DNA of 64,000 bases from Spirochaetota bacterium (GCA_963664815.2 CAXXHB010000003.1:2400001-2464000), one strand, 5' to 3'. Positions 1-10,230 are shown, counted from the stretch's first letter. Numbers and translations: made by a program. The notes: generated by a model from the sequence alone, not told the origin.

Positions 1-196
1 GCACTGATGTATCATGATAATTAAAAATCATCTCTACACAGGTAAGTGGCAGGAATATGGTGTAGAGATCGGGGAACGATCCGGGCAGTTCAACAATGGA
101 CGACTCGCATTGATAGTAGAATTCGACCTCATCTTTCAACTCTGCGCAGGGCTGTTCAGAATAATAAGAAATGGAATTGCCCGAGTATTTGTTCAT
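1..196 (-). CDS. AraC-family regulator N-terminus (DUF6597-like), runs off the window start
   Basis: Not in the ORF track. The minus strand is open from the ATG at 196 (GAAAGGA RBS upstream) to the edge: MNKYSGNSISYYSEQPCAELKDEVEFYYQCE...FLPLTCVEMIFNY, matching the Y-x-E-x-P-x3-L-x3-V...P-x2-C-V-E-x-I-F-N pattern I recall for DUF6597/AraC proteins. Confidence 0.6.
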   Translation of the reverse strand, partial: MNKYSGNSISYYSEQPCAELKDEVEFYYQCESSIVELPGSFPDLYTIFLPLTCVEMIFNYHDTSV

Positions 197-341
197 ACTG
201 ATCCTTTCAGCTGAAAAAGTGAACTTATTGGTAAGAGAAATCAATCACAAAATCGGAGGGGCATGCAAAAAATATGAAGTTTCTACCAGGAACAACCTTG
301 CCCTTATCGTAGTGCCGGAAACCCATTTTAATTTTTGACTT

Positions 342-935
342 TTAACTCTGTTTCTTCCTGCTGTTTTCCCGCATATAATCTTTTATCTCTTTTACAAACT
401 GCTGCTCTTTGGCGTAAAAATTTGTTATCTGGTCATGATCATAATTGCTGAATATTTCCATCGCAATCTCTTTAACGGAATCAAAAGGGCTGTAAAACGC
501 GGCCTTTACTGCAATTTTCTGATACATGGGCAGTATGAGGTCTATCTCCTGGGCTGCCATCATCACAGCTATCTGGTACTCCTCTGTTTTATCGGTAAAA
601 TCCTTCAGTTTCCTGTCTGCTATAAAGTCCTGATTGAAGTATTCTATTACTGTGCAGATATTCCTGGCAGCATCATTATGCAGTATTTTTCTCTGATCAT
701 GAAAAAAATTCAGATCCCTCTCCAGCACTTTCGGGTCATTTTCTTTTCCGAAATATCTGTACATATCCGATATACTGCTTATAAATGACAGGTAATCGCC
801 ATTTTCCGGATTATGATAAAAATCATTTGTGTTATTCTCTTTTTCCGCGCGTTTAGGCATGTTTATCCTGTTTTTCAGGACTTCAAATGTGTGTTTGATT
901 TTTTCCAGGGAAAAATTATCAGCAGTTTTATTCAT
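342..935 (-). CDS. hypothetical protein (197 aa)
   Basis: Long ORF with GGGAG RBS; no recognisable motif. Confidence 0.6.
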   Translation of the reverse strand: MNKTADNFSLEKIKHTFEVLKNRINMPKRAEKENNTNDFYHNPENGDYLSFISSISDMYRYFGKENDPKVLERDLNFFHDQRKILHNDAARNICTVIEYFNQDFIADRKLKDFTDKTEEYQIAVMMAAQEIDLILPMYQKIAVKAAFYSPFDSVKEIAMEIFSNYDHDQITNFYAKEQQFVKEIKDYMRENSRKKQS

Positions 936-1191
936 ATAGTACTCCCGATATATTTATAGATAATTTCTTTTGATGTATTTAAGTCTTTTCAGTAAAACGC
1001 CGGAGAGCATTGAAAGCAAACCAGCCTGCCGGGGAACAGTACCTGTGATATTTATTTTCTGATATTGTTTGTATCATAAAATAAAGTTTATGTATACTCC
1101 CCTGAATGTTATTTAAAACGCCGGTTATCACCAAAGTCAAGATATTTTATTGTTGATAGATGAAATTTCGGGGGCAAATCAAAACTTTTAA

Positions 1192-1449
1192 TTATTTATA
1201 ATGAAACCTGCATGATATGATTCTCAGCTCATCTGAGACAACTTCATAAACAAGCCGGTGCTCCTGATCAATCCTTCTGGACCAGCAACCCTGCAATTGA
1301 AATTTTAGTGGTTCAGGTTTACCTATTCCCATGTGAGGATCTCTTACAATCTCTTTTATCAGGATATTGATTCTATCTTTGATCTTTTTATCAGTCTTCT
1401 GCCAGTATAAATAATCCGCCCACGATTCTTCGGTAAAAAGAATATTCAT
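1192..1449 (-). CDS. yoeB: Txe/YoeB family toxin (ribosome-dependent mRNase)
   Basis: W-x-DYLYWQ, GIGKPEPLK, WSRRIDQEHRLVY and C-terminal CRFHY; ATGA overlap with the antitoxin. Confidence 0.95.
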   Translation of the reverse strand: MNILFTEESWADYLYWQKTDKKIKDRINILIKEIVRDPHMGIGKPEPLKFQLQGCWSRRIDQEHRLVYEVVSDELRIISCRFHYK

Positions 1450-1700
1450 TCTTCGATGAGCCCTTTTTTAAGGACTTTGCCGCTTCGTGATTTTTTAAGG
1501 GATTTGAGAAGAATTTCTGAATTAGCTGCATTTGATAAAAGATAATTTGTTTCAACCAGAGAATTATATTCCTCAATTGATATAAGAACTACATTCTGAT
1601 TATTTTTCCGGGTGATGATTAATGGTTCATGATCATCATAAACCTGATCGAAGTAGTCTTTTAAATTTTTTCTCAATTCAGAATAATTTACCGCATTCAT
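1446..1700 (-). CDS. yefM: YefM/Phd family antitoxin
   Basis: NYSELRKNLK...V-x-DDHEPLIITRK...VLISIEEYNSL-x-ET-x-YLLS-x2-N. Confidence 0.95.
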   Translation of the reverse strand: MNAVNYSELRKNLKDYFDQVYDDHEPLIITRKNNQNVVLISIEEYNSLVETNYLLSNAANSEILLKSLKKSRSGKVLKKGLIEE

Positions 1701-1707
1701 CTGTTTC

Positions 1708-1749
1708 GCCTCACATGTACAATATATTGTACATGTGAGGCAGTGTCAA
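1708..1749 (-). promoter_or_regulatory. yefM-yoeB promoter and operator palindrome
   Basis: TTGACA-17 bp-TATATT on the minus strand, overlapped by the perfect palindrome GCCTCACATGTACAATA|TATTGTACATGTGAGGC (1708-1741) containing two TGTACA cores 12 bp apart. Confidence 0.85.
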
Positions 1750-1917
1750 GAATTAATAACTTCTTAATATTAAGCTTCATGGAAATACCGGGCAAACAGC
1801 ATATTCAAACTTTTTTGCCTGGAAAGATGGGAAAACAAAAAAAGTATGGTCACCCTCTGTCATGTCAGAAACTGTCCATATGAAATTCCTTGAGATGTAA
1901 TGTTAAGCAGGAAAGAA

Positions 1918-3738
1918 TCAAATATCTATACCGATCATCCGCATCAGGTATATCGCATCTGACCCATTATATGAACCATTGTGAATATTATAATCAAAAA
2001 ATATACGGTTGTCACGGTAGTCTTCCCTGAAATGATAATTGCTTATTTTTAACTGCTCATCACCGGAAATCCCGGCCACCTCAAGGTCGTGTGTTGAAAC
2101 AATACCCAGCAGAGGGTATCTGCTCAGATTTTTTATTACTGACTCAACTCCGATTCTTCTGTCCCGGTTATTAGTTCCTTTTAAGATCTCATCGAGAAGG
2201 ACAATTAACGGCCTGTTCATCCTTGCCGATTCGATAATCATTTTTATCTTAACCAGCTCAGCGTAGAATGTTGACACCTTTTTTTCAAGGTTGTCAGTGA
2301 TTCTCATAGATGAACAGATATCCATCACAGAGCAGCACATCTTTTGTGCACATACCGGTGCACCGGAATATGCAAGCACCAGATTAAGCCCCACAGTACG
2401 GAGCATGGTACTTTTACCGGACATATTAGATCCGGTAATAACCGCGAAAGAACCTGCATTTTCTATTGTAAAATCATTGCAGACCCGAATGTCATCATGA
2501 ATAAGGGGGTGACCTGCCTGCTCTGCTGAAAAAACAAGCCTGTTTTCCGTGAAAGACGGGAAAACCCAATCCGGATTATCATACATCAATACTGCCAAAG
2601 ATGACAACGCCTCAATTTCAGCAACAGACTTAAACCATGAGCGTAGATAAGTTCCAGATTTTATCTTCCACTTATCAATTGAGATCAAACAATGAAGATC
2701 CCATAATGTTAAGGCATTAGTGACAAAATGCAGAAAACTGAACCTCATGTTCATGTAATCAATTATGCTGTCCAGTTCACTGATGAGCCTTGAAGCAGGT
2801 TTACCGTTTTTTCCGGTTAACTGTAACTGAAGATTTTCAAGATATTCCGATGAAAATGACTCACGCTCAATATGTTTAATTAAAGCGAGATATTGTTTAA
2901 TTGATTCCCTGTGTCTGCTGGTAATCCGGAAAACCATATCGATATCTCTTCTCCATACGAGTAGTAATACCAGCTGAATGATTAATGACGGTAGTATTAT
3001 AGTACAAGAGACTCCGGGGAACATAAAGGAAATAACTATCAAAAGCAGAGTAATAACGGGGAGTGTTCTGATCAGTAATTTCTGAAAAAACAGTTTTAAA
3101 ACAACTCCATCCTGCTCTGCCCAATTTACAATTTCCGAAGGGTCTTTCAGCAGATTACCGTCATCAAGGCATATCGCCTGCAGTTTCTGACGAAAGTCCA
3201 GCTTTTTTGACAGTTCATCTACAGAAGTCTGCCGTTTAATTATTGATTGAATGTCTTTATCCGGTGAAAGAAGAAAGTCTTTAAGTCTTTGTAAACCGAT
3301 AAGAGTATTTGGCGTATTGATCAGCTGATATAGTGAACCCTGTCCGAATATATCAAGATCCCCGGAAAATGGATGGTTCTCATCTTTAAACAGATCACCT
3401 GTTTTTGAGAAAGAATGCCAGCTGCCATTAATCCTTAATATTGAATCACTGTTGATTTTTATAAGGTTCCGGCAGAATATTTCTTTTTGTCTGACATCTT
3501 CATGCCTGAAAACAAAGAATACAAAAACTGCCATTGTAAAGATGGCTGTAATAAAACCTGGTAAAAGATAATTATGCTCCAGCAATAAAACTACAGATAA
3601 AGTGCCGATAACCGAAATCAGAAGCCGCAGTCTGCTGATTGTATCTGTTTTTCTACCCAGCATAGCAGCTTCGGACTTATACCTGCTTATGTTTTTTTCA
3701 TACTCAAATAATGGCGCGGACAAATCCGGTTTTTTCAT
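1918..3738 (-). CDS. membrane-anchored MutS-related ATPase (MutS domain V)
   Basis: N-terminal TM segments, DLDIFG-x-GSLYQ, HPLI, Walker A GSNMSGKS, STFYAEL, LLDEILKGTN, STHD. Confidence 0.9.
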   Translation of the reverse strand: MKKPDLSAPLFEYEKNISRYKSEAAMLGRKTDTISRLRLLISVIGTLSVVLLLEHNYLLPGFITAIFTMAVFVFFVFRHEDVRQKEIFCRNLIKINSDSILRINGSWHSFSKTGDLFKDENHPFSGDLDIFGQGSLYQLINTPNTLIGLQRLKDFLLSPDKDIQSIIKRQTSVDELSKKLDFRQKLQAICLDDGNLLKDPSEIVNWAEQDGVVLKLFFQKLLIRTLPVITLLLIVISFMFPGVSCTIILPSLIIQLVLLLVWRRDIDMVFRITSRHRESIKQYLALIKHIERESFSSEYLENLQLQLTGKNGKPASRLISELDSIIDYMNMRFSFLHFVTNALTLWDLHCLISIDKWKIKSGTYLRSWFKSVAEIEALSSLAVLMYDNPDWVFPSFTENRLVFSAEQAGHPLIHDDIRVCNDFTIENAGSFAVITGSNMSGKSTMLRTVGLNLVLAYSGAPVCAQKMCCSVMDICSSMRITDNLEKKVSTFYAELVKIKMIIESARMNRPLIVLLDEILKGTNNRDRRIGVESVIKNLSRYPLLGIVSTHDLEVAGISGDEQLKISNYHFREDYRDNRIFFDYNIHNGSYNGSDAIYLMRMIGIDI

Positions 3739-4048
3739 AAATTATACCTGAATTATACTGGAACAATATTTTATCCGTAAAGAATATAACACAAGAATAA
3801 TCCATTGCTAAACTTCAGAATTTCAGTCTGTGGAATGTAAATTCATTGCATACATTACAATTACTCCAGAAATATCTGCATCTGTCACCACCAGCCTGTA
3901 ATTCATAAATGTTGATAATATTATCACAGATACAAGCTCAGTGACAGAGAATCCCTTATAAAACCGGAAATAATCAAATGTAGAATAGCCATCCGGCACA
4001 CGTAGTACATTTTTTCAAATCTGTACCGTGTGCCACAATATCTGCTCA

Positions 4049-4465
4049 TCAATAAAGTACCTCAAGGTCATCAGCACTCAGCGGAATTGCATTGTATTTT
4101 ATCCTTAATAATGATTTCTTTTCCTTATAGTACCATGAGGCATCAATGTTGTTTATCCCGGCAACAGAGAGAAGCCACTCCTCCTCATGCCGGTGTATCT
4201 CCTTATCCGAGGTGGCAAGTACAAGGCCGTCTTTAAGGAATTTTTCAGCCAGTTCCTTCGAAGAAAAAACCGGCGGTGATTCTGAAATAAATCTGTTTCC
4301 GAGTATTTCCTCAATGGCATTTTCAGTAAATTTTTCGTCAAACCCCAAAGCTTTGCCTATTCTCATCATCAGGAGATGCTCAGATTCTGAGATTTTATTG
4401 TCTTTTCTTGTCAGAAGCAGCAGGCCTTTAAAATAATTGCTGCCGTCAATAACGGGAATGTTCAT
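4049..4465 (-). CDS. TerB-like (tellurite resistance/co-chaperone-type) protein
   Basis: Two D-x2-I-x3-E metal-site-like motifs (KDNKISESE, SDKEIHRHE). Confidence 0.6.
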   Translation of the reverse strand: MNIPVIDGSNYFKGLLLLTRKDNKISESEHLLMMRIGKALGFDEKFTENAIEEILGNRFISESPPVFSSKELAEKFLKDGLVLATSDKEIHRHEEEWLLSVAGINNIDASWYYKEKKSLLRIKYNAIPLSADDLEVLY

Positions 4466-4756
4466 ACAGGTTTCCTCTTCATTTTCTGAAGAACTGTTTT
4501 AATCTTCAGGAGTTATATTCACCCTATATTTTTTCTATATCATAAGTTTCAAATCATATACAACTGATTCTTTGTCAAAATCAGAATTTTTATGTTACAG
4601 CATAAATTGCAGAAATAAAGAAAAAATATTTTCTGAAGGTTTAGTTATCCGGAGGAGCTTTTTTTAAGAAGAATTGCCAGTGTAATAATACCTGTAATTA
4701 TATATATTTGAAACTGAAAATCACATGGCAATTCCGTAAACTTATTTTATAGCCGA

Positions 4757-5542
4757 TTACAGATTGACCCTGTTTATCTCGTCATGAAAATCAAAAAGTA
4801 TACTGAAATTTATTTCGTCAGGTTTCTGTCCGTCCCGGTCATATTCGAATGGGTCATCAAGATCATCTATCAGGAAAACCACAGTTGAAAGAAGAAAGGA
4901 AAAAAATCCGACAACAATCATTCCTCCCCACCATGGTTCGGAGTGAAGGAGTATATACATGACAATAAATATTATAACTATCAGTTTAATCATTGCAAAA
5001 ACTGATGGAGCAAAATTTGTTTCTTTTATTACCGTGATTCTGTTTATAAATTTTTTAAGATTTGACTGTTCATTGCGAACCCGGATCAAACCTGCCGGGA
5101 TAATTTCCTTTTCCATTTTAAGAAAATCTTCCGTAAAGGAATTTATGTATTCGAGAATGGTTTTATCTTTTTTGAAAAAGTAACTCTCACGGAAAAGAGG
5201 TACGAAATTCTTCAGTTTTATCATCAGATCTTTCGCAGATCCGGACTTTGTACTTCTCCATACAAATTCAGCTTCCTGCCAGATGATATAAAGAGACGCA
5301 ACTATATCGTTGGGAATCTTTTCACTCTCCTTGTAATCAGTTACTACACCTGCCAACAGAAAGCCTAGAAGAAATATTATACCGGTGAGAACACTGGGGA
5401 ACAGAGATATCATCTCTTTTGGCAAGGGCTCAAATCCTGTATGGTAACAGATATATTTTAATACTGCCGCAGTCAGCGCAATGGGGATTACTTTAGACAG
5501 AAGCGCATATTTGCTTCTCTTGATTCTTTTAAAAAACTTCAT
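4757..5542 (-). CDS. bestrophin-like/DUF4239-type membrane protein
   Basis: 4 TM segments in a 2+2 arrangement, C-terminal DLDDPF motif, AGGAG RBS. Confidence 0.55.
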   Translation of the reverse strand: MKFFKRIKRSKYALLSKVIPIALTAAVLKYICYHTGFEPLPKEMISLFPSVLTGIIFLLGFLLAGVVTDYKESEKIPNDIVASLYIIWQEAEFVWRSTKSGSAKDLMIKLKNFVPLFRESYFFKKDKTILEYINSFTEDFLKMEKEIIPAGLIRVRNEQSNLKKFINRITVIKETNFAPSVFAMIKLIVIIFIVMYILLHSEPWWGGMIVVGFFSFLLSTVVFLIDDLDDPFEYDRDGQKPDEINFSILFDFHDEINRVNL

Positions 5543-5630
5543 CCTTATCTCCTGAATTATTTTTAGAAAACTAATTCCGGTCTATCTCTGCTATTGTCAA
5601 GTAAATAAGAATGAAAATATTATATTCTGA

Positions 5631-5837
5631 TTATTCTCCGCCTCCGCAAATTTCAACACATGCGGTGTAAATTTCTGCACATTCTTCAATGGATTTGTCA
5701 CTGGCGTAGCAGGCTCTGAGTTCTTCTTTGCATTTTTTTATGCAATTATAATCATTAGCCCAAAGTACTGAAAAGAAAATATTAACCATAGTTAAAAGTA
5801 TTAATAATAATTTCATCATATCCAAACTTTTTATCAT
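5631..5837 (-). CDS. small secreted six-cysteine peptide
   Basis: Hydrophobic signal peptide ending LWA, then C-x3-C-x6-C-x9-C-x6-C-x3-C; start may be the downstream MMK. Confidence 0.6.
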   Translation of the reverse strand: MIKSLDMMKLLLILLTMVNIFFSVLWANDYNCIKKCKEELRACYASDKSIEECAEIYTACVEICGGGE

Positions 5838-5904
5838 ATGAGTTTTATGTTAATCAGCAATATATCATTAAATATTGCAGGTAAAAGTCTGAAAATGATA
5901 TTCA

Positions 5905-6804
5905 TTATCTGTCAAGAGGAATATCATCAAGAGAAATTTCATCATCAACCGGTTCAATATGAGTAAATACGACTGTATCTTTTAATTCCTTCCGGATATC
6001 CTTTTCAATATTCTCTGCTATATGGTGGGCGTCATGAACAGTCATACTCCCCGATACAAGTACATGCACAGAGACAAATCTTCGGGCTGCTCCCTGCCGT
6101 GTAAGAAGCGCATGAAACTGTATCCCCTGTTTGCGGTATACTGAAAGTACCGATTCAATCGCCTCCTGCTCCTGCGGAGACAGCGATGCATCCATCAGAC
6201 CTTCAACTGAGCGCTTTATTATCGAGAAGGCTGTCCATAAAATATTCATGGCTACAGCGAAGGCCACAATGGAATCGAGTTTCAGCCATCCGGTTAATCC
6301 AACTGCGCCAACACCACCCATTACAGCAACCGAAGTCCAGACATCGGTCATTAAATGGTGCGAATCAGCTTCAAGGGTAATCGAACGGAACTCTTTCCCG
6401 GCGGAGAGCAGAACTCTCGCTACAATAAAATTAATAACAGTGGCCAGTAACGACACGATAAGACCTGTACCGAGCTTATCAAGAGGCTGAGGATTTGAAA
6501 ACCTTTCAAATGCCGCCAGTGCAATAGCTGCTGCGGCAACCAGAATCATCAGGCCCTCAACCATGCTGGAAAAATATTCGGCTTTGCCATGTCCAAATTC
6601 ATGATTTTTATCCGGTGGAATAATCGCTATCCGCATCATAGCCATCGCCATTATTGCCGCAACCAGATTTATAATCGATTCAATAGCATCAGAGAGCAGA
6701 CCGACAGAACCTGTCAGATACCATGCTCCCGTTTTGAGAAGTAATGTAGATACTGATGCAGCAATTGAAAGCCATATATAACGGGTAAGAAAGCTTCTGT
6801 TCAT
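5905..6804 (-). CDS. cation diffusion facilitator (FieF/CDF) transporter
   Basis: SDAIES, PPDKNHEFGHGKAEY, HLMTD, C-terminal THIEP; start moved to the ATG at 6804 behind AAGGTGG. Confidence 0.9.
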   Translation of the reverse strand: MNRSFLTRYIWLSIAASVSTLLLKTGAWYLTGSVGLLSDAIESIINLVAAIMAMAMMRIAIIPPDKNHEFGHGKAEYFSSMVEGLMILVAAAAIALAAFERFSNPQPLDKLGTGLIVSLLATVINFIVARVLLSAGKEFRSITLEADSHHLMTDVWTSVAVMGGVGAVGLTGWLKLDSIVAFAVAMNILWTAFSIIKRSVEGLMDASLSPQEQEAIESVLSVYRKQGIQFHALLTRQGAARRFVSVHVLVSGSMTVHDAHHIAENIEKDIRKELKDTVVFTHIEPVDDEISLDDIPLDR

Positions 6805-7176
6805 ATTCCACCTTAACATTTTAAATTTTCCCGAAATGCCGGGAAAAGCTGCCAAAACTGATTGTTTTTCGAAGGTACAATAAAAGATCACGAATAAGAA
6901 TAAAGTATCATTCCTTATTTATTATAATTAACAAAATTAACGGACATAAGCAAATTTTATTAATTAACCATTAAGAATGACTGCAGTATGCCTATCTTTT
7001 GTACTTTAGTTATTGGCAGAACATACCGCCCGCTGAATGCGGGTTATGTACCGGCAAAGATCAGAGATTACACTGTCAGGAATATAACAGGGTCATCAAG
7101 CTTAACAACAAAAATTATTAAAGTGTTTTAGATTAAAGAACGTAAAAATAAATATTTATTATAAATAATTTTATCA

Positions 7177-8439
7177 TTACCCCAAAAAGCGGTGATTGAT
7201 ATTCATAACGTCTCTGTAGGGTATAACTCCCAGAATTTTATTATTCTCATCGATTACCGGAATAGCTCTGAATCCATATCTTATAAAAATTGAGGAAGCA
7301 TTCCGCAAAGAATCGTGCGGATTTAATGTAATTACATTTTCAATCATTATATCTTTCAGACAGACACTATCTTCTGAAAGAAGCAATTCCTTTATATCTA
7401 TTACACCCTCCAGTAAATCATTCTCATCTGTTATGTAAAGATACATTAAAACGTCTTTCTCTCTGGCAATATCATGATATTTCTCTTTAACAGATATTAC
7501 CGTTTCATCTCCACTGAATTTCAGGAAATTCACAGTTGTAAAGTTTAATATATTCTCTTCGGGATTTTCCAGTATGGACTCAATTTTAGTCCTCAGCGCA
7601 GGCTCAATAAACTTAAGAATAGACTCTCTTTCAGAAAAAGAAATTACTGAAAGCAGATCAGATGCCTGGGCAGGTGTCATATCATTTATCAGCATTGCAA
7701 CTGTATCAATACTCAGCGAAGAGAGCATTTCTCTCTGGACTTTTGGTTCAAGTTCTTCCAATGTATCAGATGCATGTTCAGGTTCAAGTTCTTTAAAAAT
7801 CTCCGTTCTCTGCTCATTGTCAAGTTCTTCAAGAATGTCTGCCATGGCTACCGGCGGTATTTCTGAAAGTTTCTCTTTAAGTGTTTTAAGCTTTAAATCT
7901 CCTTTGAAGCTGCTGATATGAAGAGGAAGAGCCTGAACATATGACCAGGGAAGGTAATCTTCCTTGATATTCAGAAAGGCAGCAATTTTTTTAAGACCTA
8001 TTCTTCTGAAGAGACCATAACTGCTGAAATCAACATCCCATACATACGCTTTACCGTTTATTACAGCAATTCTTATATCATATACAATTGAAACTTCATG
8101 TTCTTCAATATCTATTACTTTTTTATCAAGAACATAGTCTCTCAGGAGCATGTCATTTGGTTCCGGTTCTTTTTCATATGCTTCCATAGACTCAATATCA
8201 ATTACTACCTGCTTTTTTGATATTGATACAACTTTAGACATTGGTATCATTAAAGAGGGTTTTCCTAATGACCTTTTTATTATAAACTGTGTAATATGAG
8301 GGATCGTTCCCATCTCTACAATAATTACATCAGACAGTTTTCCGATTTTTTTATTATTTAATAGTACGTTAATATTTAATAATTCACTAAAAAAATAGTT
8401 TTCATCCGGAATAGTTTTCATTTTATTTTTTTCAATCAT
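7177..8439 (-). CDS. soluble PRC-barrel + MgtE N-terminal + CBS-pair protein
   Basis: Two PRC-like segments (IGKLSDV, LDKKVID), MgtE_N repeats (MADILEEL, ASDTLEEL, ASDLL), CBS pair (YLYITDE, AIPVIDE); no TM domain. Confidence 0.85.
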   Translation of the reverse strand: MIEKNKMKTIPDENYFFSELLNINVLLNNKKIGKLSDVIIVEMGTIPHITQFIIKRSLGKPSLMIPMSKVVSISKKQVVIDIESMEAYEKEPEPNDMLLRDYVLDKKVIDIEEHEVSIVYDIRIAVINGKAYVWDVDFSSYGLFRRIGLKKIAAFLNIKEDYLPWSYVQALPLHISSFKGDLKLKTLKEKLSEIPPVAMADILEELDNEQRTEIFKELEPEHASDTLEELEPKVQREMLSSLSIDTVAMLINDMTPAQASDLLSVISFSERESILKFIEPALRTKIESILENPEENILNFTTVNFLKFSGDETVISVKEKYHDIAREKDVLMYLYITDENDLLEGVIDIKELLLSEDSVCLKDIMIENVITLNPHDSLRNASSIFIRYGFRAIPVIDENNKILGVIPYRDVMNINHRFLG

Positions 8440-8489
8440 TCCTATTCTCCCGAAATAATATTATTTTGTAATTTTATAAATTTACTACA

Positions 8490-8693
8490 TCATAGTAATG
8501 TAGTAAATTTATAAAAAAGAATACAAACCAGTAAAATTAAATATATCCTGAGAATAAACAGTGAAACATTTACCATTCTTGTGGTTTTAATATGTGGTAC
8601 TGCATATTTTTTATTTATCTCACTTATCTGATGAGAAAACTTATTTATATTAGTTTTTACCGGGTTTACAATAAATTCAATTATTTTAATCAT
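8490..8693 (-). CDS. small membrane protein in the Nramp operon
   Basis: 67 aa, C-terminal TM helix (LFILRIYLILLVCILFYKF), AGAGG RBS, sits between the Nramp and CBS genes. Confidence 0.7.
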   Translation of the reverse strand: MIKIIEFIVNPVKTNINKFSHQISEINKKYAVPHIKTTRMVNVSLFILRIYLILLVCILFYKFTTLL

Positions 8694-8714
8694 ATAATGC
8701 CTCTTTTTATTTAA

Positions 8715-9983
8715 TCAATTAAACAGTTTCGGGAAAAGGGCACTTATCCCGTACATTGTAGAAAGAATGATAATACCAATAACTATCACCGAATTTATAA
8801 TATTCTGGGATCTTGTGTTTTTATACTCACCCATAGTTTCATTATCATTTAGAAGCAAGATGAGGAATACAAGTGCTGCAGGTAAAAGTGTTACAGCTAT
8901 TACCTGAACAAAAAGCGTAATCAGAACAAGAGGCGCTCCAGGAATAAGGACAACAATTCCTGCTGATGCAAGGAGAATAAAATAGAAAGCATAAAACCAT
9001 GGTGCTTCCTTGACTTTATAGTTAAGAGAGTGCGCCCAGCCGAAGACTTCACCAAAAGCCCATGAACTCGCAAGAGATATGCATATAGCCCCAAGAAATC
9101 CTGCATCAAAGAGCCCTATGGCCAGAAATGTTCCAAGATATTTATTAATTCCCATAAGCTGTACTGCAGCCTGTGCTGCGTCATTAATATCAATACCAAA
9201 AAGCATCGTTCCTGTAAGTACAATTAAAAACGCAGCAACCAATACCGTAAAAAGAGAACCGAAAGCTGTGTCGAGTTTCCCCCAGAAAATATCTTTTTCT
9301 TTTAATCCCTTATCCACTACTGCACTCTGCTGAAAGAACAGCATCCATGGAGCAATTGTTGTCCCTATATTTGCCATCAATATGAAAAATAGTTCATTTG
9401 TAAATCCTCCGGGAAATGAAGGAATAAAACATCCCTTTATCACATTTGAAGCGGAAGGGTTAACCATAAATGCAGCAGGTATATATACAATATTTACAGC
9501 ACAGAATAACAATGCAACTTTTTCCCATGTCCAGTAACTCCCCTGCAGAACCATTATTCCCATAATCAAAATGACAATAATTACCGTAATATATGGAGGT
9601 ATTCCGAATATATTTAATGCTGCTGTCATGCCAATAAATTCTGTAACCAATGTAAGCCAGTCAGTTAATGTCAGATCTATCAGTGAAAACCAACCCCAGA
9701 AACTTCCAAATGCATGAAAAATTGCTTCAGCATGACCTCTTTTTGTAACAGCACCAAGCCTTACTGTCATCTCCTGAACATAATATGCAATAGGTCCCAG
9801 AATTATCAGAAACCATAAAAGATTATATCCATATTTTGCTCCGGTTGCAGTATAAGTTGTAATTCCACCTGCATCATTATCAGCAATCATAACGACTATT
9901 CCAGGACCTGCTATAATGAAATACAGTTTTACAGCTTTTACTGCTCTGCGGAATTTATAGTATAATTTGTGCCAGATATTCAT
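8715..9983 (-). CDS. Nramp-family divalent metal transporter, NRMT (Mg2+)-type
   Basis: TM1 DNDAGGITTY (not DPGN), QEMTVRLG, TM6 GTTIAPW with Thr instead of the Mg-excluding Met; CBS/MgtE-N partner downstream. Confidence 0.88.
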   Translation of the reverse strand: MNIWHKLYYKFRRAVKAVKLYFIIAGPGIVVMIADNDAGGITTYTATGAKYGYNLLWFLIILGPIAYYVQEMTVRLGAVTKRGHAEAIFHAFGSFWGWFSLIDLTLTDWLTLVTEFIGMTAALNIFGIPPYITVIIVILIMGIMVLQGSYWTWEKVALLFCAVNIVYIPAAFMVNPSASNVIKGCFIPSFPGGFTNELFFILMANIGTTIAPWMLFFQQSAVVDKGLKEKDIFWGKLDTAFGSLFTVLVAAFLIVLTGTMLFGIDINDAAQAAVQLMGINKYLGTFLAIGLFDAGFLGAICISLASSWAFGEVFGWAHSLNYKVKEAPWFYAFYFILLASAGIVVLIPGAPLVLITLFVQVIAVTLLPAALVFLILLLNDNETMGEYKNTRSQNIINSVIVIGIIILSTMYGISALFPKLFN

Positions 9984-10230
9984 AAAGAAATATCCTCCGC
10001 TAATTTTATAGGAAGTTATTCAGCATTTATACAATTTATGTATTACAAACTCTGTTAAATGAATTATAATACATTATGTTTCTATAAGTAGAATTTGATT
10101 AAGAATTATTTAATTTTGAAGAAAAAACCGGATGGAAAAAATTTAAATTAAAACCGATATTGAATCAATTTTTTCACGTTTCTCCTCCCATGAGATACTT
10201 TTAATACAGGAGAAACATTCTGCATAGTTA

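Noticed and set aside
14-214. 66-aa plus-strand ORF
   Set aside because: Shadow of a better-supported minus-strand gene
993-1124. 11-bp direct repeat TAAAACGCCGG at 993 and 1114
   Set aside because: Only two copies with no associated element; could be chance
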